DNA of 64,000 bases from Eledone cirrhosa (lineage: Eukaryota): positions 337,714,001-337,778,000 of the forward strand of contig OZ024740.1 of the NCBI GenBank assembly GCA_964016885.1, in the 5' to 3' direction. Under the pieces are notes generated by a model. The model saw nothing but the letters and a program-made list of their open reading frames with translations, ran no database searches and was not told the DNA's origin. Made by a program: the position numbers and the translations under genes. Position 1 is the first letter of the stretch; every line of letters starts with the position of its first letter. This document shows positions 41,165-51,873 of this stretch, piece after piece.

Positions 41165-41649
41165 GTTAATTTTACTGATGTAGTATTGGATATTTACCAT
41201 GCGGTATTCTAATTCTATTGTATCTCTCTCAGTTATTTACCATAGCCTACATATTGTTGTTAATATTAATGATTAATGATGTTCCCTGCTGTATTAGCGA
41301 TAAATTATCCCTGCTGTATTAGCGATAAATTTTCGAGGATTTTTCTTAGTAGTTTTCATGACGTTATTATTGTTAATTTTACTGATGTAGTATTAACTTG
41401 GATATTTACCATGCGGTATTCTAATTCTATTGTATCTCTCTCAGTTATTAACCCTGCGACCCTCACTTCCTACCTCCACCCCCACACACCACCATAGTCT
41501 ATTCGACCAATCAAACCTAGCATGCCATTTCCACTGCTGCTGCTACTACCTGCCTAACTAACTCTCTCCTCCTCTGGCGCATCCCAACACACCCTGCCAT
41601 TACCCCACCACCACTGTTCTTCTAGCCCTCAATTTTCCCACCGTTATGG

Positions 41650-41703
41650 ATGGATGAGCTGAGAATACATTTGAGCAACTCTGAATCAATAGATGAAATA
41701 TGA
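41650..41703 (+). CDS. 17-aa upstream ORF whose stop overlaps the ORF2 start (ATGA)
   Basis: ATG 41650, MDELRIHLSNSESIDEI, TGA 41701-41703; ORF2 ATG 41700-41702; also present in the minus-strand copy. Confidence 0.45.
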   Translation: MDELRIHLSNSESIDEI

Positions 41704-44700
41704 ATCTGCGAGCTACCAAGCACCCACGTGAAGCGCCAACCCAGAGACCCTCCCCTACGAGTGTCGACAAATGCCCAAAACTCCGAGTTGGTACCATCAA
41801 TGTAGGCTCAATGAAAGGAAGAGCAGGAGAAATCGTAGAAATGCTAGAGCGAAAGGAAGTTGATGTATGCTGTGTGCAAGAAACTAGATGGAGAGGAGGG
41901 TCTGCTAGAGTCCTTGTAGGAAAAAGCCAGTGCTACAAATTTTTCTGGGTGGGAAATGACGATGGGATGGGTGGTGTAGGTATACTATTAGCTGACAAGT
42001 GGGTAGATAAAGTAATCTCAGTGTACAGGGTAAATGCAAGAATCATTAAACTCAGACTAGTCCTGAATAAGACAATTACCACAATAATATCAGCTTACGC
42101 ACCCCAATCGGGGCTGCCAGACGAACTTAAGGATAGGTTTTACGAGTCCCTAATACACACTACTGCTCTAACAGACGACAAGGACTTCCTAATCATTGCA
42201 GGAGATTTTAACGGACACGTAGGTAAACACTGCGACGGCTTCAATAGAGTACATGGAGGCCATGGAGTTGGCACAAGGAATGAGGAAGGATTCAGACTTC
42301 TAGAATTCTGCGACGCCAATGACATGTCGATATGTAATACAAACTTTAAAAAACCCGACAATCACCTGATCACCTATAGATCAGGGGAGCACTCTAATCA
42401 GTTAGATTTTATCCTCATCAGAGGACGTGACAGATGGACGGTCGTAAACACAAAAGCCTTCCCTAGTGAGAAATGTACATTCCAACATAGCTTAGTTGTC
42501 AGCGACCTCACGGTCAGAACTAGACGAACCCGGAAACAGAGGCCAACCTGGAGAAGAAAGATCTGGAAGCTGAAAGTCCCCTCAACCAGTAACAGATTTA
42601 AAGATATTTTACTCAACGCCTACGACAGTAAAGAAGAACAGATAGAGACATTTAACGTAGAAGAGAACTGGGAGTTCCTAAAAAATAACTTACTAGAGGC
42701 GACGGATGAGGTTTGTGGCTGGAGTAAGACCTCAAGCAGGAGGAGAGTGACTTGGTGGTGGAACAATAAGGTAGATGAAGCAGTCAAGGCCAAGAGACAG
42801 GCATGGAAAGAATGGAAGAACGGGGGGAGCAGTGTACATTACATAGAGACCAAGAGGGAAGCTAGGCGACAAGTATACTTAGCTAGGAGGGAAGCAGAGG
42901 ATAGAAAATTCAAGCATGTTTTACAACGTGAGGACCAGAAACAGGAGGTATTCAAGATTGCGAGGCAGTGTGTCAGAGATAGTTGTGATGTCATTGGAGA
43001 GAAGTGTATCCGGAATGATAAAGGTGAGCTTGCCCTCACAAGTGCTGAGAAGAAAGATGCATGGAAGAGTCATTATGATAGATTACTAAATGAGGAGAAT
43101 GCATGGGAAGAAGAGACCCTACCCCACGTAGACCCTATAGAGGGACCAGCAGTACAAGTCGGCGGCAGCGTAGTAAGTAAGGCAATCAGAGATATGAAGA
43201 TAGGGCAGGCAACCGGTCCATCGGGTATAGCTGCCGAGATGCTGAAGGCATCTGGGTCTGTAGGTCACACTATAACCACACGTATCGTTAACCAGGTAAT
43301 ACTAGAGGGGGCCATACCAAAAGATTGGTGCAGTAGCATCATTGTCAACTGCTACAAAGGTAAAGGCGATGCACTAGATAGAGGAAACTATAGAGGTATA
43401 AAGTTGATGGACCAGGTCATGAAAGTAACAGAAAGAGTTATAGCACAGCTGATTAGGGACCGGGTGAATATAGACGAGATGCAATTTGGGTTTGTACCAG
43501 GGAAAGGCACCACTGATGCCCTCTTCCTTGTGAGGCAATTACAGGAAAAGTACCTAGCTAAAAGTAAGCCACTCTACTTGGCATTTGTCGACCTTGAGAA
43601 AGCCTTTGACAGAGTTCCACGTGCAGTAATCTGGTGGGCTCTTAGAAAACTAGGAGTAGATGAATGGCTTGTGAAAGCGGTACAAGCCATGTATAGGGGA
43701 GCAGTCAGCAAAGTTAGGATTAGCAATGAGTATAGCGAGGAATTTAGCGTACAGGTTGGGGTCCACCAGGGCTCTGTTCTTAGCCCTCTCCTGTTCATCA
43801 TAGTCCTGCAGGCAATAACGGAGGAGTTTAAGACCGGATGCCCATGGGAACTCCTGTATGCTGATGACCTCGCACTCATAGCTGAATCTATGGTAGAACT
43901 AGAGAATAAATTCCAAACCTGGAAGCAGGGACTAGAGAGAAAGGGCCTCAAAGTCAACATGACAAAGACAAAGGTCCTTATAAGTAGACGAGAAAACAGA
44001 ACCCAGATCCCCTCAGGGAAATGGCCTTGCTCAGTATGTAGGAAAGGTGTAGGTAGGAACTCCATTCTCTGCCCCAAATGCAAACAATGGGTACACAAGA
44101 GATGTAGCGGGATCTCAGGAAGCTTAATTAAGAATGTAGGATTCACATGCAGCAGCTGTGCTGAAACAGCAAGCAAACAGCCACAGGAAACAAGTACCAC
44201 CAATCTCTGGGAGGGCCCTGTAGAAACAGTAGACAGCTTCTGCTACCTAGGTGACCGAATTAGCAGCGGAGGTGGGTGCTCAGAAAGTACAATAACTAGG
44301 GTAAGAACGGGATGGAAGAAGTTTAGGGAACTACTACCACTGCTAGCTGCAAAAGGCTTCTCCCTCAGAATGAAAGGCAGACTGTATGATGCGTGTATCC
44401 GAACAGCGATGTTGCATGGTAGTGAGACCTGGGCGCTGAAGGTGGAAGACTTACGTAGATTAGAGAGAAATGAAGCCTGCATGCTCCGATGGATGTGTAA
44501 CAGTAATATACTTGAACGACAAAGCATAAAGGAATTGAGAGAGAGACTGAGCATAAGAGGAATCAAATGCTGCGTGCAGGAGAGGCGGTTACGCTGGTAT
44601 GGACATGTGATGCGTATGAAGGATGACAGCTGCATAAAAAGGTGCAGAGCACTAGAAGTTGATGGAAACCGCGGAGTGGGGAGACCCAAGATGACTTGGG

Positions 44701-44819
44701 ATGAGGTGATAAAAGCCGACCTTACCCAACTACACCTCTCAAAGTCAATGACACACGACCGTGACTTCTGGCGTCTCGCAGTAATACAGGGTACCCGACC
44801 TCCCATGGGTACATGCTGA
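41700..44819 (+). CDS. RTE polyprotein: APE endonuclease + reverse transcriptase + PHD finger
   Basis: GTINV, CVQETRW, GVGI, SAYAPQ, GDFNGH, QLDFIL; QFGF, FVDLEKAFD, GVHQGSVLSP, YADD; C4HC3 motif at 44028-44159; RRLRWYGH, GRP..TW. Confidence 0.95.
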   Translation: MNLRATKHPREAPTQRPSPTSVDKCPKLRVGTINVGSMKGRAGEIVEMLERKEVDVCCVQETRWRGGSARVLVGKSQCYKFFWVGNDDGMGGVGILLADKWVDKVISVYRVNARIIKLRLVLNKTITTIISAYAPQSGLPDELKDRFYESLIHTTALTDDKDFLIIAGDFNGHVGKHCDGFNRVHGGHGVGTRNEEGFRLLEFCDANDMSICNTNFKKPDNHLITYRSGEHSNQLDFILIRGRDRWTVVNTKAFPSEKCTFQHSLVVSDLTVRTRRTRKQRPTWRRKIWKLKVPSTSNRFKDILLNAYDSKEEQIETFNVEENWEFLKNNLLEATDEVCGWSKTSSRRRVTWWWNNKVDEAVKAKRQAWKEWKNGGSSVHYIETKREARRQVYLARREAEDRKFKHVLQREDQKQEVFKIARQCVRDSCDVIGEKCIRNDKGELALTSAEKKDAWKSHYDRLLNEENAWEEETLPHVDPIEGPAVQVGGSVVSKAIRDMKIGQATGPSGIAAEMLKASGSVGHTITTRIVNQVILEGAIPKDWCSSIIVNCYKGKGDALDRGNYRGIKLMDQVMKVTERVIAQLIRDRVNIDEMQFGFVPGKGTTDALFLVRQLQEKYLAKSKPLYLAFVDLEKAFDRVPRAVIWWALRKLGVDEWLVKAVQAMYRGAVSKVRISNEYSEEFSVQVGVHQGSVLSPLLFIIVLQAITEEFKTGCPWELLYADDLALIAESMVELENKFQTWKQGLERKGLKVNMTKTKVLISRRENRTQIPSGKWPCSVCRKGVGRNSILCPKCKQWVHKRCSGISGSLIKNVGFTCSSCAETASKQPQETSTTNLWEGPVETVDSFCYLGDRISSGGGCSESTITRVRTGWKKFRELLPLLAAKGFSLRMKGRLYDACIRTAMLHGSETWALKVEDLRRLERNEACMLRWMCNSNILERQSIKELRERLSIRGIKCCVQERRLRWYGHVMRMKDDSCIKRCRALEVDGNRGVGRPKMTWDEVIKADLTQLHLSKSMTHDRDFWRLAVIQGTRPPMGTC

Positions 44820-45245
44820 ACCATATAAACAATATGCCCCCACTCCCCCCACCGCAAGGTGGTCGTGGAGGTGCCACGGCAAAAAAGCACTCAGCCCACA
44901 CTGTAAAGTGGACATGTAGGCGCCACGAAAAAGCACCCAGCACTCACTGTAAATGAGGTTGGTGTTAGGAAGGGCATCCAGCTGTAGAAATCAAGCCAGA
45001 TCAGTTCCTGTATGAGCAAGGCATGGTCAGCCGACCAGACACTGCCCACAACAGGACAACCCGTCTAACCCATGCTAGCGTGGAAGAACGGACGTAAAAC
45101 GGTGATGATGATGATGATGATGATGATGATATATATATGAATGTATGTATAGTATATTTGACAATATACCGTATATATTTTGAAGACCTTGTGCTATCAT
45201 TTTAAAGTAGTGACTATGTCACTTCTTTTTTTTTTCGGCAAAGAA

Positions 45246-45307
45246 AGGAGAGAAGCTGACAGAATCTGTTTCACACTGTTGGTGTTCCTCAGAGCAACGT
45301 ACTCCCT
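45246..45307 (-). ncRNA. Type I hammerhead ribozyme (GUC cleavage triplet)
   Basis: gct CTGAGGA acac-caaca-gtgt GAAA cag-att-ctg TC agc. Confidence 0.8.
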
Positions 45308-45522
45308 GCCTTGCCGAAAATTATAGAGGCTGGATTCTTATAGAATTCCAGTAATAATCAGGAACTGATTATACAGATGTATACATTCATGTATACATCG
45401 CTATTTCAGAGCACCAATCCTAATTTTCAATTTTTGCTGGACCGGCAATCGCTCTGTATAATCAGTTCCTGATTATTACTGGGATTCTATAAGAATCCAG
45501 CCTCTATAATTTTAGGCAAGGC

Positions 45523-45585
45523 AGGGAGTACGTTGCTCTGAGGAACACCAACAGTATGAAACAGAATCTGTCAGCTTCTCTCCCT
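45523..45585 (+). ncRNA. Type I hammerhead ribozyme (GUC cleavage triplet)
   Basis: agggag..gct CTGAGGA acaccaacagtat GAAA cag-aat-ctg TC agc..ctccct. Confidence 0.78.
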
Positions 45586-45726
45586 TCTTTGCTGAAAAAA
45601 AAAAGAAGTGACATAGTAAAATGATAGTGCAAGGTCTTCAAAATCTTCTTAATTAAACATATGGTATATTGCCAAATATACTATACATACATTCATGTAT
45701 ACATCGCTATTGCAGAGCACCAATTC

Positions 45727-45779
<53 letters not shown>

Positions 45780-46955
45780 GCACAAAACATTCTTGCATGT
45801 GTTGAATAAATCTTTTCTAACACACCATCCCATCATTCATTAGTCTTTTACCATCACCTCTCTGAGCTTCATGCAAGCATAGAAAACCTGATGTGCATAT
45901 ATAACATCATCATTGTCATTTTAATGTATGCTTTCCCTGCCAGCAAGATATATATATATACACATACAGTGTGTGTGTGTGTGTGTGTGTGGGTGTGAGT
46001 GTTTAAATAAATATATATTGTATAGATTCATGTATATATGAGTATATATATGTATATACAGATTCGTATATATATGTGTGTGTTCATGAGTATTAACAAC
46101 AGCATTTATATAAGTATTTGCATGAGCATATGTTTGTATGGGCACATACAGGAACACAATTTTCTAGCTAATCTTTACCATAACTTTTATTATAACTGTG
46201 ATTAATATTATAATATTAATATTATGATTAATATTATTGTCATTATCAATGCATATATATTACAGGAAATAATACTCCATGACATTTACCCTAAAGGTTG
46301 AATGTTCTTTTCAACAAAAAACAAAATATACTCTAATATATACAAACTAAAATATCATATAAGATTTAAGGATTTTATAATAACTAAACATTTAAAATGA
46401 TATATATATGGATAATATTAACCATATTATACCATAGATGTTTGGGCTTTGAGATGATAATGACAGGCTTATGAATATGAAATTGGCAATAGAAATTCAA
46501 CTTTGTGAGCAGAATTGAATTTTGTAAAACAACATGGTCATATTGTCAGAATAAATTATGTAAAATACATAAACAAATCATGCTGCAGATAATTATGTAT
46601 GAATATCATTATTATAGAGAAACGATGTTATATGAGGGCTGCAGCTTGATAAGATCTGTCTTCCCTATACCAGTGGTTGGTTTAATCGCAGTTGGAAGAA
46701 TATGCATGATTTAAATCACCCTTGAGTCATATGGTAGGGTGTCTGAGGTTGAGTATAGGTGTAAGATCTATGTCTGGCTTGGGTTTGATTTTCTGGATGT
46801 ATTGGGTTAGGGCAATCAATAGTCTTTGTTGCATATATATATATATATATATATGCATTGAAGTTTCCATTGAAAATTGAAAAAGTGATAGGAGTGAAGA
46901 GTGCTCTATGTAAGTTACAGAGCTAAATTTAATGTATAATAAACAATACAATATA

Positions 46956-47031
46956 ATTACCTCATTACCAGAGGTTTCCCGAATAAGACGAATACAATAA
47001 ACGTCCTCATTCGTTCGTCAGACAAGGCAAT
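46956..47031 (-). ncRNA. Type I hammerhead ribozyme motif
   Basis: Reverse complement of 56556-56631. Confidence 0.78.
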
Positions 47032-47771
47032 TTAAAACATAGTGAAATATTTGAAAAATCTCCTCAAGAAAGGCAAAAGTTTAACGGGCAAAAAAAATAT
47101 ATTAATAAAAGTAATGCAAGAGATATATAAAAATAAAATAAGGAAATATAGTTAGGGTATATATATAAATGTGTGTATATGCACTTACAAATGTACGTAT
47201 GTGTGTATATGTACAAATGCATGTGTATAGTGAAAAAATGTGTGCGTAAGTACATACATGAGGGCAAGCATATCAGTCTATGTGTGACCACAAATACGTA
47301 TATAATATATGTTGAAAAAAGAAATTGTAAGATAATGGAGTTAACGTACATACAGACTCAGGGACTAAGGATTGAAATATATACACATACAAGGATGAAA
47401 GCACGCGTATAAACACACACACGCACAACCACATACATGCAAGTGATATATACAGCGAAGAGAGTGTATCAGTCAAAGCAGTGTCAGGCTGAAGGTCGAC
47501 ACATATATAAAAAAATATGAAAATGAAATGAAAATGAAAAAATGAAAAAATATATGAGAATAAAAAAATTAAATCAAAGAGAAAGTAAGAGGGAGGGGTT
47601 ATCAATTATAAAGTAACACTAGAAAAAATAGAAAACATACATAGGTTCGTACATACATATATAAATATATATATAAATACGTACAGTCAAAAGCACATAC
47701 ATGCGTACATACATACACACGAAGCACATATATATGTACGTGTACATCTAATCACACGCACGCACGCGATC

Positions 47772-47804
<33 letters not shown>

Positions 47805-47807
47805 CAT

Positions 47808-47866
<59 letters not shown>

Positions 47867-48135
47867 TAGCGGCGATGAATTAGTTTTGCGAGGTTTTTTA
47901 TATGAAATCGTGTGTCGAAACAGATATTGTTATATTTGGGGAGGGTCATATTTGCGTAATATTGCCAGAATTAATAACAGAACACACTCACTGTTTGGTT
48001 GGTTTTCGCTTCTCGCTGTCTTTTATATATATATATCTGCGATCTAACTTACTCGGTCCTCAATGTTGCCATTGACTGACCGGCGGTCAAAAATAATACA
48101 GATACAATATAGACAAACACATATATATATAGTTT

Positions 48136-48192
48136 ACATAATTTACATAAATCTTTCGTTGCACATCTGCAACATCGTCAGTGGTGTTATAT
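48136..48192 (-). ncRNA. Type I hammerhead ribozyme motif
   Basis: Reverse complement of 55451-55507. Confidence 0.65.
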
Positions 48193-48442
48193 TCATTGTT
48201 CCTCCTGTTGTGTTGTATGTCTACGCCATTTTTTTTTTGTATGTTTATTTATTTATTTGCTTGTTTGTTTATCTTATTTTATTTTGTCTTCTTTGCGCAT
48301 GCGTTTGCGTGTGTGTATAGTGTTATGTGTGGTGTGTGACTAGTGTGTATAGTGTTGTGTCTGCTGGGTGACTAGTGTGTGTTTATGTGCTTGTGTATGT
48401 ATTTATTTATCTTATTTTATTTAATTTAATTTACTTATTTAT

Positions 48443-51400
48443 TTATACTTCTCTTAGGTCAGTGTTGTTTGTTTGGATGTTGTTGTTGTTCCACTCATTC
48501 TTTCTGTTTAGCTTTGGTCTTCTAATTTCTATTTCACTGGCCTCTCTGATTTGCCTATCTGCTGGGTCATTCCTATGTTTAGATATTATTCTAATTTCTA
48601 TGTTGTCTATGTTACCGTCATGTTGTTGTCTAGCATGTTCGTATAGTACTGACCCGTTTTTTCGTCCTTTTAGTTCCCCCCAGTGTTGGTCTATCCTTTC
48701 ACCTATGCTACGAGCTGTCTCACCTATGTATGTTGTTGTCGTGTTTCTGCAAGTACCCTCTGTACATCTTATGCTATAGACTACGTTTCTAGTTTTACAG
48801 TTTATCCGGGGGTTCACCTTACATATGATACATTTCCTATTGGTACAGTGGGTTTTCTTAAAAGGGTAGGTTTTGCTGATCAGGGATTTTATGGTGGTTC
48901 CTGGCTTTTCTACCACCTTTATTTTTAAGTGGGTCTTTCTCAGGGCCTTTCTACACTGGTTAGCTAATTTCCCTCCAGGGGTGGCGTCCACAAACATGAC
49001 ACTCTGATATCTCTGGTTGTCGTACCATGATGTGGCCTTCCCTATCTTATGTCTAGCCCTATCTAAGCTATTCCATGATTTGCTCCTGTATAGTGGGCAA
49101 GTTCCTTTCATGTCCAGTTCTATGAGGGTCTTATACTTTTCCATGGCTCCTTCGTATACTCTGACTCTGTCTCTTTGGTTGTAGCCAGAGAACTGCATGC
49201 GGTTGATGAAGTGTTGGATGTGTCCTTCCATTTTTGTTGGGTCGCACATGCTGGACACATTCTTCATCACTCGTACCAAATCTGCGATCAGAATATTAAA
49301 CTTAGCACTACTGGACATTGCTGAGTTTTTGAGTATCAGGTATTTGGAGGCCATGGGTTTAGCATAGTGTGAGTGGAGAATTTGGGCTCTCTCGTCTATA
49401 GTGTTAATCCAGAGTTCTGTGTCTAATACAGGTAGTCTATTGTTAGGGTGTTTGGAAGGGAAGTCTATAGTTACAGTTATACTCTGGTGTATGGAATTAG
49501 CTATCTGCTGGATGCTTTCCATCGTGCTACGTTCTAAATCAAACTTGTTAGTGCTCTCTAGTGGGGGTGTTCTTATAACTATATTGATATCGTCTACATA
49601 ACGAGAGTACATGATGAGGTCTATGGAGCTTTCATTAAGGAGATCTTTAAGTCTCCTTTCCCACCATACCATGAAAAGGTTGGCAACATCACCAGCTATG
49701 CTGACGCCGATGGCTGCTCCCTCATTTTGGGTGTAGATTTTCTCATTGAACTTAAATATGTGGCCCTTTAGGGTAGTTTTGATACTAGCCCCTATTGCAT
49801 GTGCGACCATTTTTCTTACCTGATCAGTGTTTTGGGGGGTCCGTATAGCTTTGGTCCACCCAATCCACCTTCCTATGGGAGTCTTTTTAGCCATTGAGGT
49901 TATGGTGGGGGGTCTACCTCTTATAGGTCTACTAGGGCAGAAACATCTAAGGTCATGGCTGTCTAGGTAGTCAGTGTCGTAGGTAAGTCTAAGTAGGAGG
50001 CCCAGTTCGTCTGTGTCGACGTCGCAGAACTCCACCTCACTCTCAATGATCATCTCCACACATCTTTTCACAGCAAAATCAATGTTAATGGATGGGTACA
50101 GTGACACCACATCCATGCTGCCTATTATGCAGTTGGATAGGCTCCTGTTTTTGTTGCACTCACTGATTCTGCTGAGGAGGTCCTCTGTACTTTCACATAC
50201 ATCTGGGGACATCTTGATTATGGGGCGTATAACCATTGAGAGGAAGTAGGAGATCCTGTAGTTGCTAGCTATATTAGCTCCGCATACGGGTCTTGTTGGT
50301 GGTCCTGTTGTCGGGTCGTCGACTGTCTTGTGGTCTTTGCGGAGCCCATACAAGGGTGGTATGCCATTGTTAGACGCCTGGAAGTTGTTGGCAGTGCGTC
50401 TGCTTGGCTTTAGGATGTCAGTCCACATCATCATGTGAGCGTTGAGGATTTTTTCTCTCCCATCGTGTGTTAGTTGTGCAACTTCGCTCGTGTTGGTGAT
50501 GTGGGGTTGCATTGCCTCGATGTAGTTCGGCATGCTATCTATTGACATCCTACCAGACTTATCTGTGGGTAGACACACTACCTCACCATCCCTTGTGCGC
50601 TGCTTGAGGCTAACCAAGCCTTCTACAGGTTTTATCCCAAGTTGTTGGGCCTCTGGTCTGCTCTGTCTCATAGTGTACCTGTCTACTACTTGTCTAATCT
50701 TATTTCTAGCTATGGTGAACTGTGCCTCTGTCTCGTCATCTATTTGCTGTGGTATGCAAACTCTTTTATTAAAGGGTAACCTCGTAGGATAGATATTACC
50801 CATCTTATATGTTTTGTCAGCTGGGTTGAAAAATAGTTTCTCTAAGGGGTTGTCGTTATTTCTATCGTCATAGTTGTGTGTGTTGCTATTATTGTTATCA
50901 TGGTGGTTGTTGTTGTTTCTATCATTAGCATTAATATTATTATTGTTATGATTGCTAGATGTATTGTTGTTTACTTCACCGTTATTGTTGTTGTTGTTAC
51001 TGCTATTTCTACCATTGTGGTTGTTACTATTATTATGTTTCTTGTTTTTGTTGATGTTGCTACATGTACTATTTCCATTATTACCACTGTGGTTATTGTT
51101 GTTGTTGTTGTTCGTATTGTTACCGTTATTACTACTGTGGTCACTGTTGCTGTGTCTGTGGTTAACGTTTCTATTATTATTATTATTGTGGTTGTTGTTG
51201 TTCTGTCTATCGCTAGTATTATTACCATTATCACTATTTCTCACTTTCCTGCCATTGTTATGGTTATGGCTGTTATTTCTATACCCAGAGTTATTGTTTA
51301 TATTACTACTACCGTTATTATTGTTGTTGTTGTTTACCTTTGCATTCCAACGTATTTTTGTGAAACACTTTTCCAGCTCCGTTTTGCATTCCATAGGGTT

Positions 51401-51835
51401 AATCTTTTTGTAGATGGCAAATTTTGGTGGTAACTTTAGGATTTGTTGTTCTTGTTCACTGATTAAAGTGTTCCCATAGATATTTACTGTGTGGTCATTG
51501 GTAAATTCTTCCGGTAGTTTTACATCACTCATACGGATGTTGTCGTTGTTATCTGGGTATTTTTGAGAATATTCGATTTTCCTTTCTTGTAGTTTTTTCT
51601 TATTCATCCATTCTAATTTCTTCTTGAAATGCCTACAGCATTCGTTTTGAGCATATTTCGTTTCGCGTCGGATGACGCTCATGAAGTCATCTCTCTCGTT
51701 TGCTGTGATGAGATTTCGGATTTCCTTACCGTTGATGCGTTTTTGTCTGTAGAGTGCGTTGACTTTTGTGTATGTTGTTCTTTTCATATTAACTGTTATT
51801 GTGTGTTTTAGCCGTTCAGCTTGTGTTTTGTTCAA
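48443..51835 (-). CDS. PLE polyprotein (N-terminal region with Asn-rich tract, RT, Cys linker, GIY-YIG); 5'-truncated, frame open up to the inversion junction
   Basis: PTDKSG, LYGLRKDHK, SMDVVSLYPSI, QNEGAAIG, YSRYVDD, LPVLD, CTNRKCIIC, NVVYSIRC..YIGETAR..RIDQH. Confidence 0.92.
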   Translation of the reverse strand: MNKTQAERLKHTITVNMKRTTYTKVNALYRQKRINGKEIRNLITANERDDFMSVIRRETKYAQNECCRHFKKKLEWMNKKKLQERKIEYSQKYPDNNDNIRMSDVKLPEEFTNDHTVNIYGNTLISEQEQQILKLPPKFAIYKKINPMECKTELEKCFTKIRWNAKVNNNNNNNGSSNINNNSGYRNNSHNHNNGRKVRNSDNGNNTSDRQNNNNHNNNNNRNVNHRHSNSDHSSNNGNNTNNNNNNNHSGNNGNSTCSNINKNKKHNNSNNHNGRNSSNNNNNNGEVNNNTSSNHNNNNINANDRNNNNHHDNNNSNTHNYDDRNNDNPLEKLFFNPADKTYKMGNIYPTRLPFNKRVCIPQQIDDETEAQFTIARNKIRQVVDRYTMRQSRPEAQQLGIKPVEGLVSLKQRTRDGEVVCLPTDKSGRMSIDSMPNYIEAMQPHITNTSEVAQLTHDGREKILNAHMMMWTDILKPSRRTANNFQASNNGIPPLYGLRKDHKTVDDPTTGPPTRPVCGANIASNYRISYFLSMVIRPIIKMSPDVCESTEDLLSRISECNKNRSLSNCIIGSMDVVSLYPSINIDFAVKRCVEMIIESEVEFCDVDTDELGLLLRLTYDTDYLDSHDLRCFCPSRPIRGRPPTITSMAKKTPIGRWIGWTKAIRTPQNTDQVRKMVAHAIGASIKTTLKGHIFKFNEKIYTQNEGAAIGVSIAGDVANLFMVWWERRLKDLLNESSIDLIMYSRYVDDINIVIRTPPLESTNKFDLERSTMESIQQIANSIHQSITVTIDFPSKHPNNRLPVLDTELWINTIDERAQILHSHYAKPMASKYLILKNSAMSSSAKFNILIADLVRVMKNVSSMCDPTKMEGHIQHFINRMQFSGYNQRDRVRVYEGAMEKYKTLIELDMKGTCPLYRSKSWNSLDRARHKIGKATSWYDNQRYQSVMFVDATPGGKLANQCRKALRKTHLKIKVVEKPGTTIKSLISKTYPFKKTHCTNRKCIICKVNPRINCKTRNVVYSIRCTEGTCRNTTTTYIGETARSIGERIDQHWGELKGRKNGSVLYEHARQQHDGNIDNIEIRIISKHRNDPADRQIREASEIEIRRPKLNRKNEWNNNNIQTNNTDLREV

Positions 51836-51873
51836 TAATAAATTATTTACTTGTTTTGATATGTTTGTTGTGT

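Larger units (their letters stand above)
41166..45130 (+). mobile_element. Full-length, apparently intact RTE-clade LINE
   Basis: Modular 5' UTR, single 1039-aa ORF, ~290-bp 3' UTR, (GAT)n tail, inserted in (TA)n. Confidence 0.95.
45137..45732 (+). mobile_element. Non-coding PLE pLTR fold-back element: arms 45137-45377 and 45453-45694
   Basis: Reverse-complement arms; spacer repeats the tail atacattcatgtatacatcgctatt..gagcaccaat found at 45687-45732; HHR in each arm. Confidence 0.8.

Noticed and set aside
43574-44890. Antisense ORFs of ~210 aa shared by both RTE copies
   Set aside because: Shadow frames; the copies are too similar for sharing to imply selection
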